Below, in pieces: positions 1-12,784 of a stretch of DNA of 64,000 nucleotides (positions are counted from its first letter, which is position 1; each line of letters begins with the position of its first letter). The position numbers and the translations under genes are program-made. Below the pieces are notes generated by a model. It was not told the origin of the DNA. It saw only the letters and a list, made by a program, of their open reading frames with translations, and searched no databases. This DNA comes from Octopus sinensis (taxonomy: Eukaryota), in the NCBI RefSeq assembly GCF_006345805.1, contig NC_043010.1, positions 17,360,001 to 17,424,000 on the forward strand, given 5' to 3'.

Positions 1-714
1 ATCAGAGACATTCCAAGCATGACCTGTTTGTCTTTTTATGATTATGTCAGACTGCATTATTCCCAAGACAGTGGCGTGGGCTTTGAAACGGGGCTGCTAT
101 TTCTAGCAGACTATGTCGATTGAAGGCACAGATACCCCCACCACGTCTCTTTGGCTCGTGGAGATTAGGGTTGTTGCTGTAGCTTAATAACATCGGGTCA
201 GCCTTGATCCAACTAACAAATAATTAAAATATGTTCCAGCTGAGACCATCCTGTGTTTTTCTTTCTTTCTCAAATATAGTATTCACACTATCCATTGTCT
301 TGCCTCTTTTCTTTTTTAATAATAATGGTCAATTATTATTTGAGGGAGATTTCACTGCTATCTAACGGCATTGTACAATGATTTTGCAGCAGTCGAAGGT
401 CTGATATTTAAAGAAGGAGGCACCCGCACAAGACAGCCGAAGCCCACTCTGCACCGCTGTTGTTATCTTTAGGTTCAGTCACGGCACAGAAGTTACTTAA
501 TTATGGTGTGGTACAACTTTTACTTGATGTTATTTCCACCGAATTAACCCCTCTGCTTCCATACCTGCTTAACTATCCACTTTTCATCACTGGTCAGTGG
601 ACAGTTTTTTTAAAAAGGGAGATTTTTTTTCTCTCACGTGAATAAAGGGCAGTGCAGATAGTGACACGGGTTTTGTTTGTTTTTTATTTTTGGTGTGGAA
701 CCCACTTGCCAAGC

Positions 715-1026
715 TTAGGCAAGATTCCAAGTTCTTGCAAATGGCGATGAATTAACCTCTTCTGCTAACTCTTCAAGAGTTGCATATGGATTTCTTCCAG
801 TAGCAGCTTTCTGTACATCATTATCAAAAGTGACCGGGCGACCAGAGCGGCGGACATCTTCCAAGTTAAAGTCCCCTTGTTGAAATTTATGGAACCATCG
901 TTGACACTTCCGAATATTCAAAACACCTTCGCCATACAGTTCTTGCACATTTCTAGCATTGTTGCCTTTTTTATACTCGTAAAACATGATGTGGCTAATG
1001 TGCTCCTCCGTGAGCTCCATTTTCAT
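715..1026 (-). mobile_element. Mariner transposase N-terminal (HTH) remnant
   Basis: ORF MELTEEHISHIMFYEYKKGNNARN...CQRWFHKFQQGDFNLEDVRRSGRP matches the Mos1/SETMAR-type paired HTH (..EF..G......WF..F..G.F.LED..RSGRP). It is truncated and has no catalytic domain. Confidence 0.85.
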
Positions 1027-1789
1027 GAGGGGCTATTAAAACCAACAAATGATTGGGTTAGGGTTAGCCAAAATCTATCTAACTAAAGCTTTCCTTGCTC
1101 TGTGGCATTTATGCCCCCGTGAAAAAAATCTTGTTCAAACGTGTTAGAGCATGTTTTAACAAGTACGGCCTGAAAAACAAAAATTACGGGATGATCTGAT
1201 ATTAAATATTTACGTATGAGTTGTGTGTCTTAAGGCCAGTTGTTTCGGGGGCCCAATTCTGATCTATGTATGTTATAGCTTGCTGTCAATAAATATATAC
1301 CATAGGGGCCAGTACATTGATTTGTCTGGAGGAAGGGGCGGGCTATAATGTTATTTTATTCTTTATTATCCACGAAGGGACTAAAAGAGAGGACATTACA
1401 AGTGGGGTAAAAAAAAATCGAATGAAAATGAATGATTATAAAAATGAGAAAGATGAAATGATGGTTATTTGGGCTCCACGACCCAGGTAACATCACTGAA
1501 CAATTTTTAAACGTACATAAATTTTCAAGTTTTTTTTTTTAAACTTTGCTTGGTGTTGCTAGTTTTTTTCTGTCTTTTCTTTGAGTGTTTTCAATTGTCT
1601 CTGATGTTTTGTGATCTTGTTTGAATGTTCGTTTTTAAACACCATCACTTACCTCAGTAGATGCTGAAGTCAACGGTCCTCCCTCGTCACGATATATCTT
1701 CCCTTGTCGAGACCATCTCCATCACCTCTTCTCCTTGTCCCCTGGGACTTCCTCTTCCATTCTCTCCTGTTGCACACTAACCTTCCTCT

Positions 1790-1990
1790 GCCTTTCTCCC
1801 TGTGCTTCAGGTGTAGGGCCTGGGGGCACGTTTTTCTTATGTGCCCCTTTTGTCAGCACCCGAAGCACTTTGGAATTCTGCCCTGTACGGCTACCTTCAG
1901 CTTCGTATCATCCGGAAGAATGATGAATTCAGGTATATTGTCCATGTCTGCTGGAGTGGCTTGACTCGTTGCTCTTACAGCCCTCCGCAC
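1790..1990 (-). mobile_element. Degraded LINE ORF1/Gag-like CCHC zinc-knuckle fragment
   Basis: Manual minus-strand translation gives DMDNIPEFIILPDDTKLKVAVQGRIPKCFGC*QKGHIRKTCP, a C-x2-C-x4-H-x4-C knuckle interrupted by TGA at 1855-1853. Confidence 0.65.
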
Positions 1991-2588
1991 CAGTTCAGGA
2001 CACTTCTCTCGCGCGTCTCCGTAAATGTCACCTCCTCTTTTATATTCCTGTGCGAAACCTTCTATAAATATTTTAGTTGCAGAGTCGACCTTGGTATCAC
2101 TCTACACCATGAACTGAGCCTCCACTGTATCATATCGCTTTCCACGTTTTACAAAAGCAATTTTATACATAATAGGCTTCAATGCCTTCTCTATATTTCA
2201 ATGCACAATCGAAGTAGGGTGCATGCCAATTTGTTTATTTATTTATTTATTTACTGGGCATTCCTGTAGAATAGACTCGGAAATTATCGAGTGCAGGGAA
2301 AAAATTCTTTCGATCTGTATAATTTAAGAATCGTAGATGAATCTGCACACAGAAAGTACCCTCGCCTCACTCTATAATTTATAAATTTTGACTTTCGAAT
2401 TTTTTTTTTTTAGCTTTAACATCATACGTATCATAAAGCCCCCCCCCCCACACACACACACATAACGAAGTGTGTCATGGAAGATAATAAATGCTGTTGT
2501 GAATTTTTAGCCTTAATAGGAGCTGAATTCGTGGATCGCTTCGTTAAACCTAGCACTGAACTGCATGTTAAAAATTGTAATCACCAAT

Positions 2589-3150
2589 ACAGGGTGTCTC
2601 CAAAAAAATCGACATTATTTGAAATGTGAATATCTGAGCAACTATATATCCTAGGCAAACGAAATTAAATAGGCTTCATGTTGAACAATAAAGGATTTAT
2701 TTATCAAAATTCGAACAGGGAATTCAGAGGGATGTAGATTTTATAACCGATTTCACAAAGCTTTACAAATATTCTGTATGCGCACCGCCTGTGACATGAA
2801 ACACGTCAAGTCGGTAGTCGAGCTTCTGCCAAACACGCTTGTTTTGAATAACATTCTCCAGTGCCTCAGTGATACTCTGCTTGAGTTCTTCTAGGCTTGT
2901 CATTTCATATAACCCCATAGAAAAAAACATCACAAGGTGTCAAGTCAGGTGAACGTGGTGGCCATTTCAACAGCCCATTGTCCTTATAACTGGCATGCCC
3001 TATCCATCTCCCTGGCAGATTCTCATGGAGATAAGCCTTCACAGAAAGCTTCTAGTGAGGTGGAGCCTCATGCTGTTGATAAGTGAAGTGTTCATGCTCA
3101 TTTGCAATGAGCTCATCAAATAACCATTTATGAAGCATTTGCAGATAAAC
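2589..3150 (-). mobile_element. Tc1/mariner-superfamily transposase C-terminal remnant with terminal inverted repeat
   Basis: Minus strand reads YLQMLHKWLF...FTYQQHEAPPH*...YLHENLPGRWIG...KWPPRSPDLTPCD..LWGYMK and RVWQKLDYRLDVFHVTGGAH. TA+CAGGGTGT terminus at 2589. The second catalytic D is lost (QDG to QHE). Confidence 0.85.
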
Positions 3151-5136
3151 ACTCATGAGAGAAGCTGCAGGAAGAAGAATATGAGTAAAGATATTTTTGC
3201 ACCTCAACTTTAAAACTGTTTGACTTATACATGAGTTCATTGATCTGAAGTCTATGAAATTAATAACAGAAACAATAAAATTGAGATCCTGCAGCACAGA
3301 TTTCTGTGTCCTTTTTTTCAATGGAAAGACAATAAAATCTAACCATGGTCAAAAGTCATTGTAAATCATTAAAGACGAACATTTCAGAACAAAATCAATA
3401 ATACATACCTGAGATTTTTTTTGTAAGTATTTTTTCCCCAAAAATTTATTATCCAGAGATATGTCTGAGGTGGTCTTTGGTCACTGCTCATTGACTGAAT
3501 TGGTGAGATTCTTTCGCTTGCATCCCCAAATTCTTGATGTTTCCAGTGTAAATTCACAATGAAAACCACAAAAGGAGAGAGAGGATTGGACAAGGGAAGA
3601 GGACAGTGGAAAACTAGGGGCTGGCTGAAGATGGGAAAGATGGAGAAAGAAAAGGGTTTTGTCTCTTTCTGTGAATGTACGGCCTCTCTGGGTTGTGGAC
3701 ATTGATTGATTGACTGGATAAAAAGAGTTACTTCGATGAGTTTTATAAAATGTTATTTTTACTTCCAGGAATCATATCCATTGCTATGACAACAAACCGT
3801 CACATGAATAACCTACTCAATCGGTTGCTCAGTCTACTAGAAATAGCAGCATAACCTCCCTCAAATCACACCCTAATGTTATATATAAAGATAGGATACA
3901 TTAAAGCAGCCCTATACGTTCTTAATACAATGAAGGTGGCATTATCTTCGATCATTCAACACCGACTTGAACTCAGTGTCACATTTATATTAGCCCTACA
4001 CCTTTGCCTCTTGTAACCCATCGAGAGCAATTTTATTGTTATCTTCATAAAAATTTATGCCCCACATTAGAGAAATGGGATACAACAAGACATTGGTTCA
4101 ATTTCATATTTTTGAGAGTTTATCCAGAAAATCAGCTTCCATCTGGTTGTAGAGTGAGCGTTAATATTCTTTTAATGTAATAAGAAATTTTAATCAATTC
4201 AAATTGCAACTGAAATGAGGTGAAAAAACATTAATTAATGATTAATTATCAGGAAAGTGAGAGGAGACAATTTTAGAATTTTTAAATTGATTAAAATGAA
4301 TTAGTTATTAAATATATGAGGAGTGAATCTGAAGCATGGTGTAAGGATAACTCTAGACATGCTTCTGCTTTGATAGACCTCATCAGCAACACTGTCTAAC
4401 TGTTAAAGAAAAAATCTTACAAAGGTTTGAGATGTACAGAATTTTACAGAATAAACAATGATTTGTGCAGGAACTTGAAAGAACAACTGAAAAATAACTA
4501 AAATTGGTAATTATTTTGTGATGACCAGGAAGCATTAGAATATGCATTATATCTCTCCTTCCCTCTCTCTCTCACATATACAGCCATCCATTCATAAGTG
4601 CTAGTCCTTAACGGGTTAATTCATTCAACTAACAATTCTTCAAGGCGATGCCCCAGCATGGCTGCAATCTAATAACTGAAACACACACACACACACCTTA
4701 TATGAAGGTATGTAGCCTGGTGGTTAGGCTGTTTGGCTCTTGGCTATAAAGAAACGGGTTCAATATCTGGATTCGGTGGCTTGTTGTGTCCTGGAATAAG
4801 ATGCTTCATTTCATGTTGTTTTACTCTGCTCAGCTGGGGTAACCTTCTCTCCCTACCTCCAACTTTCACATCCACAATGATCTGTTGGGTGAAAGGTGGG
4901 AAGATCAAGACGGCATCCGTGTCTGTAGATACTTCAAATAGCGAAAGCATGAGGTAAGTGTCCAGGGTGAGGCTCACTTGTGATGGCTAATCTTTTCTTT
5001 TCCCCAAGTATTATTTTGTTCCATAGGGGTGAAGATATTTGGTGAAGAGCATAAAGTTAGAAACAATTATAGTTAGAATTAACCATAACAATTAAAGAAT
5101 TAACATAACAATTAAAGTTAGAAACTATTATAGGGT

Positions 5137-5460
5137 GGGGATGAGCTGGCAGAATTGTAAGGATGTTGGTGGCTGTGTGAGAAGAAGTTTGCTCCCCAGC
5201 CATGTGGGTCCATGTTCAATCCCATTGTGTCGTCCACTTTTGCCTTGGGCCAAACAAAGTCTTGTGAGTGGATTTCGTTAATGGAAACTGAAAGCCCGTC
5301 GTCTACACATGCGTGTATATGTTTTTATGTCTGTGCTTGTTCCCCACCACCATTTGACAACCGGTGTTGGCGTGTTTACATCCACGTAACTTAACAGTTC
5401 AGCTCCATCCAATCCTTGCAAGAATGGGAAACCAATGTTAAATGTTGATGATGATGAAAA
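5137..5460 (+). mobile_element. Degraded tRNA-derived SINE (family 1)
   Basis: Diverged match to the copies at 19003 and 32919 (gtgagtggattt..gaaactgaaag..; tttgacaaccggtgttggcgtgtttaca). Confidence 0.5.
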
Positions 5461-6159
5461 ATGTCAAATTAAGAACGAGAAACTAAAATCTCCAACATTT
5501 AACAAAACTTTGGTAATCCCAATAAATTCAAGTTAGAGTTTGAATGAAAAGAAGAAAGAAAAAAAAAAAACTAAAAATATGAAACAGAACACTTTAATAA
5601 AATTGACGTTCATGGTTGTTTGATTGTATTTCAATAATAAAGATGACATCACATCAATCTGTACAATTCTTAATCTACAAAAAAATCTTTTTTTGTTATT
5701 TAAGTTCCTCTTTATCATTTAATTCCTGCCATTTTTATAGTTTCGTTTAAACAGTTGCTTTTTCACATATGTATCAATATATATATATATATATATATAT
5801 TTAGTTTACTGTTCCATTGAGGTAGGATCAACGAAAAATATGTATTCCATCCAGTGAGAGATAAATATCACTTAATGTCCACAGTAATTAACCATGTGCT
5901 CTGAGCCTAGAGATTGCTTGGAGGCACAAGACATTATCAATCTGCCTAATTTCTGTGTCTTTATGGCAAGAAGCTATCACTAGCTCTTAATTCAAATACT
6001 GACTACAGTAAATAATATATTGGTATTTATATATTAATATTTCATATAATCAGTATTAGCAAAGGAGTAGGGGAGGTTCTGAAATTTGGATAAATATGTA
6101 AATGCTTTATAGAAGAGTATTTTTAACCATCAAGTATTCTGAAGCATTTTGAAACCTGC

Positions 6160-6349
6160 TTGAGACTACTCACCTCTGGTCCTATGATACAAACTTCTCT
6201 TTTAAGATCATCTCAATTAGAACCTGCCAAAAGTACGTTAACTTAGGTTTCAAACACCAGCTTAATAACGACAAATTTATTTTACTAAATTCATTTTTTC
6301 AAATTTAATGGACACAAATACCGTATTGCAAGGGTTAACTAGAAAACAG
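6160..6349. mobile_element. Partial piggyBac-like MITE
   Basis: Shares ctggtcctatg.tacaaac and ttaataa.gacaaa.ttattttactaaattc with 35368-35814, and ends in GGG-TTAA. Confidence 0.45.
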
Positions 6350-7170
6350 TAGAGGCTTTCTGCTTACATAGATGACCAGTTTCTCAAGGAGATTGACTAA
6401 TTTCACTGAATCAACTTCAGCATATCACCACTTCTTATTTTATTAACTCTAAACTTATTGAAATATAATGAAATTAAGCAGCATTTGAACTCAGAACCTA
6501 GAGGGATGAAACCAAATACTGTTTCACCATCTTCACTGCCATTTAAACTCAAAATATTAAATACATGTTGCTGTTTATAAACTCAACCTTGGTACTCAGG
6601 TTAGATAAATTATTGAATATTGATCAATCACACCTCATTTACAGGTGTTCTTCAACATGGTGACTGATAAGGCTGATCATTTGTATGACAAGTATAGTCA
6701 GTCTGATGGGCTTTCTCAGTTTCTGGCAACCCCAAAGATGTGAGTTAAAGACTTCCTGGCTACAACTGTCTCCATACAGGTTTCCAAATATTTTCAGCCA
6801 TTTAAAGTCTGTGGCAGCAACACTTTCCTGGAATTTACAGGAATACTTTGAAAGCTGAATGAATATTTAGAACAGATGTTAACCAGTGAAGATGTAGTAT
6901 TTATTTTCCAATTAGGTTTAATTAAACCCCATGGACTGTGCTTGAAGTGCAACCTGCTCTAATATCTGAACACAAGTAAATAATAATCGGAACTCTAAAA
7001 TACCAGGCAGTCCAGTGTCGAACCTCAGGGAAAGAAATCAATCCCTCTTATTTTGCAATGAAATATTATTTTGAACTATTTTTCAGAAAATGTAAGTAAA
7101 TGATACTAGATAAAAACAAAAAATCTCTTTCATTAAAATAAATCATCTCTAAGAGAGAATGAGCTGAAAT

Positions 7171-8532
7171 TTAGGTAAGGTTATGTTTTTTGTGTCTTCT
7201 TTTGTGGCGAGACAGATAGACAGCTAAGCAGAAGCTTTTACCACAGATATCACAGCAATGCGGTTTTATTTCAGCATGTAAATGGCTGTGGGTGGACAAT
7301 GAACTGCGTTGGGTGAATTTCTTGCCACAGATGGTACAAACATGCATTTTCTCACCTGTATGAAGAAGTCTATGATTACGTAAGGTAGAACCCTGAGCAA
7401 ATGTCTTACCACAGAATTCACAAGGATAGGGTCTTTCTCCTGTGTGGGACCGTTTGTGAATGGTTAAGTAACCATTTTGAGTGAATTTTTTGCCACAAAT
7501 TTCACAGTGGAATGGTTTTTCCTTAGCATGTATTTGTTTGTGATTGAACAGGATACTGCGTTGAGTGAATGCTTTTCCACACGTTTCACAATGATAGAGT
7601 TTCTCACCTGTATGAATTCGTCTGTGGTTAGTGAGAGTGGCACTTTGAGCAAATGACTTGCCACAAATTTCACAGGGAAACGGTTTCTCACCTGTGTGAA
7701 TTCGTCTGTGAGTATTTAACTGACTTTTGAGAGAGAACTTTTTATCACAGATTTCACATGGATACGGTTTTTCTCCAGTGTGAATTCGTTTGTGAACAGG
7801 TAAATAACATCTTTGGGTAAATTTTTTGCCACAAATGTCACAGCTGTAAGGTTTTTCCCCAGTATGGGTCCTTTTGTGATAATATAAGTTGATTTTTTTA
7901 CCAAAAGCCTTACCACATATTTCGCAAGAGTATGGTTTTTCACCTGTGTGTATGCGATTGTGACTAGATAGTTGACTGTTATGAGGGAATTCTTTACCAC
8001 AAATTTCACACTGAAATAATTTTTTTCCTGCATGAGTCTGTTTATGAGTAGAAAAGCTATTATAATGACAGAAACTTTCACCACAAATATCACAATTATA
8101 AGGTTTTTCTCCAGTGTGAAGTAGTTTGTGTCGTGCTAAATTTCCACGTTCGGAAAATTTTCGATTGCAAAAATCACAGTGATATGGCTTATCTCCAGTA
8201 TGGGTCCGCTTGTGACTAGCTAAAATGCCATTTTGGGAGAACATTTTGCCACAGACTTCACATCGATAAGGCTTTTCCCCAGTGTGGGTTCGTTTATGGC
8301 TTACCAAATTCCAATTGTCAATGAATTTCCTTCCACAAACATCACAGGTAAACGGTCTCTCACCTGTGTGAGTTCGTTTATGAGTGGATAACGTACTATT
8401 GTGAGCAAATGATTTATCACAGAAGTCACATTTGTAAGGTTTCTCCCCAGTATGGGTCCGTATATGACGAGACAACTGAAATCTTTTGGGAAATCTTTTT
8501 CCACAAACTTCACAATGGTGTGTTTTCTCCAT
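7171..8532 (-). CDS. C2H2 (Kruppel-type) zinc-finger protein, 16 tandem fingers, about 453 aa from ATG 8532, no recognisable effector domain
   Basis: Uninterrupted ORF with 16 C-x2-C-x12-H-x3-H fingers and mostly TGEKP-type linkers. First in-frame ATG at 8532 (the ORF track starts at TTG 8538). An upstream exon cannot be excluded. Confidence 0.95.
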   Translation of the reverse strand: MEKTHHCEVCGKRFPKRFQLSRHIRTHTGEKPYKCDFCDKSFAHNSTLSTHKRTHTGERPFTCDVCGRKFIDNWNLVSHKRTHTGEKPYRCEVCGKMFSQNGILASHKRTHTGDKPYHCDFCNRKFSERGNLARHKLLHTGEKPYNCDICGESFCHYNSFSTHKQTHAGKKLFQCEICGKEFPHNSQLSSHNRIHTGEKPYSCEICGKAFGKKINLYYHKRTHTGEKPYSCDICGKKFTQRCYLPVHKRIHTGEKPYPCEICDKKFSLKSQLNTHRRIHTGEKPFPCEICGKSFAQSATLTNHRRIHTGEKLYHCETCGKAFTQRSILFNHKQIHAKEKPFHCEICGKKFTQNGYLTIHKRSHTGERPYPCEFCGKTFAQGSTLRNHRLLHTGEKMHVCTICGKKFTQRSSLSTHSHLHAEIKPHCCDICGKSFCLAVYLSRHKRRHKKHNLT

Positions 8533-10449
8533 TGACAATTGTGTTTTAACATCAGAAAATAGAAAAATAAATTTAGATTTTGCTTTCTGGTTTAAGATGA
8601 TAATCCCTACTTAATATCAAATTTTTAAGTGAAACTGCTTTTCCAAAATTTTTCAAATTTTAAAACATTTTCTGTAAAAGGCCACTTTGTGCAGATTCTA
8701 AGAATGGTAAATAACATTTTCATAACTGTCTTGGTAAAAAGAGACTACAATAATATTTTCAGTAGAAAAGTCTCATTCAACACAACAGTTGTTCTGGTAG
8801 AATATAGACCTTATAGAAATTGATTGTTGAGAAATAATTTGCAGGCATAATCTTCATGTATGAGACAAAAACAAGATCAGGATTAATTTGAAGGAGAAAA
8901 AATATAAACTTGTATTTTATCGCAAAGTCACAATTCGGATTAAAATTCTTCTCGGTTTCATCATCGTCTAACATCCAGCTTCCATGCTGGCACGGGGGTT
9001 TGCTTCAAGTAAAATATAATTCCAGTATAAATTCTTTTCAGTTCTTCAAGGAATTCTTCAACCCGGCAAGAAAACCTTAAAATAGAAAAACGTAAAAAGT
9101 GTTTCAAATTTAGACAGCTGATATTTCAAAGAATATGTAAAACTTGTGAAGAAATCTGAACATACCCATCACCTTGAACCAACCTCAGTAAGGGTTTCTT
9201 CATAAACAAAATGTTAGATGTTAAGTGTCATAAACAATATTGGTAATACTTGATGGAAGTTATCTATACACATTATTATTTTTTATTTTAGAAAGTTATT
9301 TAACCCTTGGTCAGCTCTGATGGAGTAAACATATGATCAGAAACATTCCAAGTGGCACTGGATTAACCATTAAGCAAAATAAGCACATGCTTCAGGTATG
9401 AAGGGAAGGGGTGGTGCCACAGAAATGGTAAATGGTCTACAGCACAAAAGAAATCACTTTAAACTTACTAAAATAATATTTGAAGTGGTTTATATAATCG
9501 GAAATATAATTTCAAAGTGTTTATGGTATCATAGTGAGGATCTGATCAAAAACTTTGCAATTAATAAAATAGGAGAAAACCTTTCGTATATAAATAAAGA
9601 TGGTAAATAAATATTATTTTCCATCTTACAGTTAATTTTGTTTCATTTTGAAAAATAAAATTAATTTTATGTTTATTATTGTTTATATTTTGAATTACAT
9701 ACATACAGGGTCACTAAAATCTTTTAAGTGCCTAGGGTCTCTATGGATCTTAATCCAGCCCTGATTCCAACCATGACTGTCCTGTCATTTTTCAGATATA
9801 GTGTATCTGATATTACATTTACACACGCGCCCTTGTGGGCAATAAAGAAATATATAAATAAGAGGACATGTTAAACCTTGTAGTCCCCTAAAAAAGGACG
9901 GGGTGCTGATGATGTATGCCTTTTAATCATAAAGTCTACTCGATAAGGACTGACCGAGGGTTAAACAAGTACAAGTCTACGAAACAATATATTTAGGGAA
10001 TCCTAAACGAACTGACGAGATACAAACAACAAATATCTGACACTAAAACACCATTAATTAATGTATTGCTCATTGCTAGTGATGTTATTAACGAATGACA
10101 GTTTATTAAAATATCTAACCCATTTATTAGTTAATTAAATTAATTCATTTATTTTCGAAGCGAAGGAGGCGGGGACAGGGCATTTAATAACGATGGGAAA
10201 AGCGATTTAAACGTTGCAAGGTCACTATGTCAAGTTATGGGAAGAGGAACAGAGGGAAAAGATATCAAATGGCTTATTTGTTTAGATCCAGCTTTTTTTT
10301 CAAAACGAAGTCCATCACAGAAACAAACTAATAAATGTAAATGGTCTTTGCTCATTTCTGATGAACGAACAATAAAAACATCCCATTAATTCGGCCCAAC
10401 AACACGGCATACGCACATAGAGACCTATAGATATACTATTAAATTAGTA

Positions 10450-10472
10450 TCTAATTCTCTCACCCTTATTAA

Positions 10473-10531
<59 letters not shown>

Positions 10532-10935
10532 ACATTATTATATAAACAATATATGTAAAATATATATATTATATATATATATATATATAAAACGTACATT
10601 ATATAAACAATATATGTAAAATATATATATTTATGATTGATTGATTGATTCTAGTTTCAGCTCATGAGTTGTGGCCATGCTGGGGCACCGCCATTTGGTG
10701 TTGCTATATATATATATATATATTATATATATATAAAACGTACATTATATAAACAATATATGTAATATATATATAAATAATAAAAAGATCCTATATAAAT
10801 ATTAATAATATATAATATATATAATAATAATATAATATATAATAATAATATATAATAATATATAATAATAATAATAATAATATAATAATAATAATAATAA
10901 TAATAAAATATAAATATATATAATTGAATACACAC
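10450..10935. repeat. (TA)n/(TAA)n microsatellite field with three copies of an about 50-60 bp AT-rich unit
   Basis: aaaa(t/c)gtacatta(tta)tataaacaatatatgtaa recurs at about 10525, 10588 and 10735 among TA runs. Confidence 0.9.
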
Positions 10936-11761
10936 ACACATATATATAAAGATGTATTCAACAGGCCGACATTATAACGACTGTTTTCTCTTTGCTATTA
11001 GCTTGCCTCAACATCAACAACCCGTAATAACAGAGCAAACATTTGTCAATAAATGTCCCACGAGGAAGTCTTCGAACAACAACGTAAAGGTTTATTTATT
11101 GCGATCCTAACCAAACAAAGTAACCGTAGACTTTCTATGAGGTCACCGTTCCTGCTAGAAATAGCAGCCAAACTTCCCTTAAGTCATTCTGTGCTGTCTT
11201 AAAATATTTAAGACTGCACTGAATAATGTCGTGTTAAAAATATGATACATTGAAAACAAAAATAGAAGGAAAGGGAAAAAAAAAGTGAATGGGAGTGTCA
11301 TTAGCGAAATAGTTTTGATCAGAGATTTTGTTAACCAGGGCCGACCTGGGACCAAACAACAAAAACAACAGATATCTTTGTATTAAATTGAAAATTTTGA
11401 AATAATGGATCGAATAACATACTTTATTTTTTTTTAGAAAAAGAAAACGAAACAAAATATTATTAATACTTTCTTACCATTAAGAAGAACAGTTTTTTTT
11501 TCTGTAGACGACATTGAAGGCAAAAAAGTTGGGTCGGTGGCCCCCGAGAGAAATTGATTTCCCCGAAACCAGGGAAGTTCCAACACACGTGATAGTCAAT
11601 GCCAAGCACCGACTAATCGCCAATACTAGTGGCACTAACACCACAGATTCCATATAAAAACAACCGTCCAGAATGTTGGACCTAAATCTAGACTTTTAAA
11701 CCCCAACATTTTTTATTATTACTATTTCTTAGCAATGAATTATAATTTCAACGTCTCTTAC

Positions 11762-12050
11762 AAGTGCCCGATGGCGCCACCACTACTTCTGGCTTCGGTG
11801 AACATAGTCACAGTTTCTCAGCCGCGTTAGATATTGTTTTGCTTCTTTTCTATTTTTTTTCTTTTGTGCTTCTTCGGTTTCCTAGAATTTCAAAACTTAT
11901 ACGACACTGTTTTTCAGCACAATCCGTACACACCATACAACTCATCTAATAATATTCCGTGCGATATACACCAATCCTATCTTTCCAAATTCTTCATTTC
12001 TTTCTTCGTCTTCTCCAAATTATGTACGTCACAACTTGCAACTTAACTAA
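11762..12050 (-). promoter_or_regulatory. Candidate promoter/non-coding first exon of the ZNF gene
   Basis: CpG-retaining unique-looking stretch with a minus-strand donor TT|GTAAGA at 11762/11761, CCAAT at about 11972 and an ATGGCG (YY1-like) motif at about 11771. Inference only. Confidence 0.25.
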
Positions 12051-12359
12051 GATTGCTTACGCACACACACACAGCACAAATATCTACACACATATTTAGA
12101 GCTTATGTATCACACACACACACATATATAACCTATGTATTAACCATACACACGTATTTGTAGGTAGATTAACACAGACACGCATACAAAAATACCGGAT
12201 TAACCGAGATAAGGCAAGACTTCCATAGGAAGTTGTCGACAAAAGAACCTCTACATGGTCGAGCAATCTGCAAGAAATGGCAGCCAAATCCTATTGAACC
12301 GCATTCAAAACTATTGTGTGTGTGTATACACACACACACATATATATATATAATCATTA

Positions 12360-12745
12360 CAGATATAGGGTGAAAGATAATTAATTTAATAAAATCAACA
12401 AATTTCACCTAGTAGTTTTTCGGTATGGAAAAGGACCATATTCGGTAAAAACTTATACAAAAAGTTTTTTTTATATATAATTATAACAATAAGGGTTTTG
12501 CAACAAGTTGCCTGACCACATACCGAAAATTTTAGAAATAGCAGCCAAAAGACTACTATTTCCTTTTTCTACAAAAATAAGTCTCCACAGACAACAATAT
12601 TTGTAACTCACACATGGCAAAAAAAAGAAGAAAAATAATAAAATCAAACAGTCTTCAATTAATTATGGACTGCTATCATTGGCTGCTATTTCTAAAATTT
12701 TCGGTATGTGGTCAAGCAACTTGTTGCAAAAGCCTTATTGCTATA
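12360..12745. repeat. Fold-back element: unique tail + 62-bp inverted repeat (12487-12548 / 12679-12740), flanked by (TA)n
   Basis: Arms match with 2 mismatches. The tail resembles 38845-38920 (agggt.aaa...aatttcacc.agtagt...aaaaggaccat). Confidence 0.85.
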
Positions 12746-12784
12746 TATATGTGTATATATATATATATATATATGTATATATAA

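Noticed and set aside
3170-3321. N-terminal half of ORF 3052-3321 loosely resembling a Buster-type hAT segment (IVSVINFIDFRSMNS)
   Set aside because: The similarity is too short and weak; only the C-terminal half is clearly Tc1-like.
7464-8552. Alternative-frame ORFs overlapping the ZNF gene (7464-7691, 7716-8093, 8301-8552)
   Set aside because: They are shadows of the repetitive finger codons and show no independent protein features.
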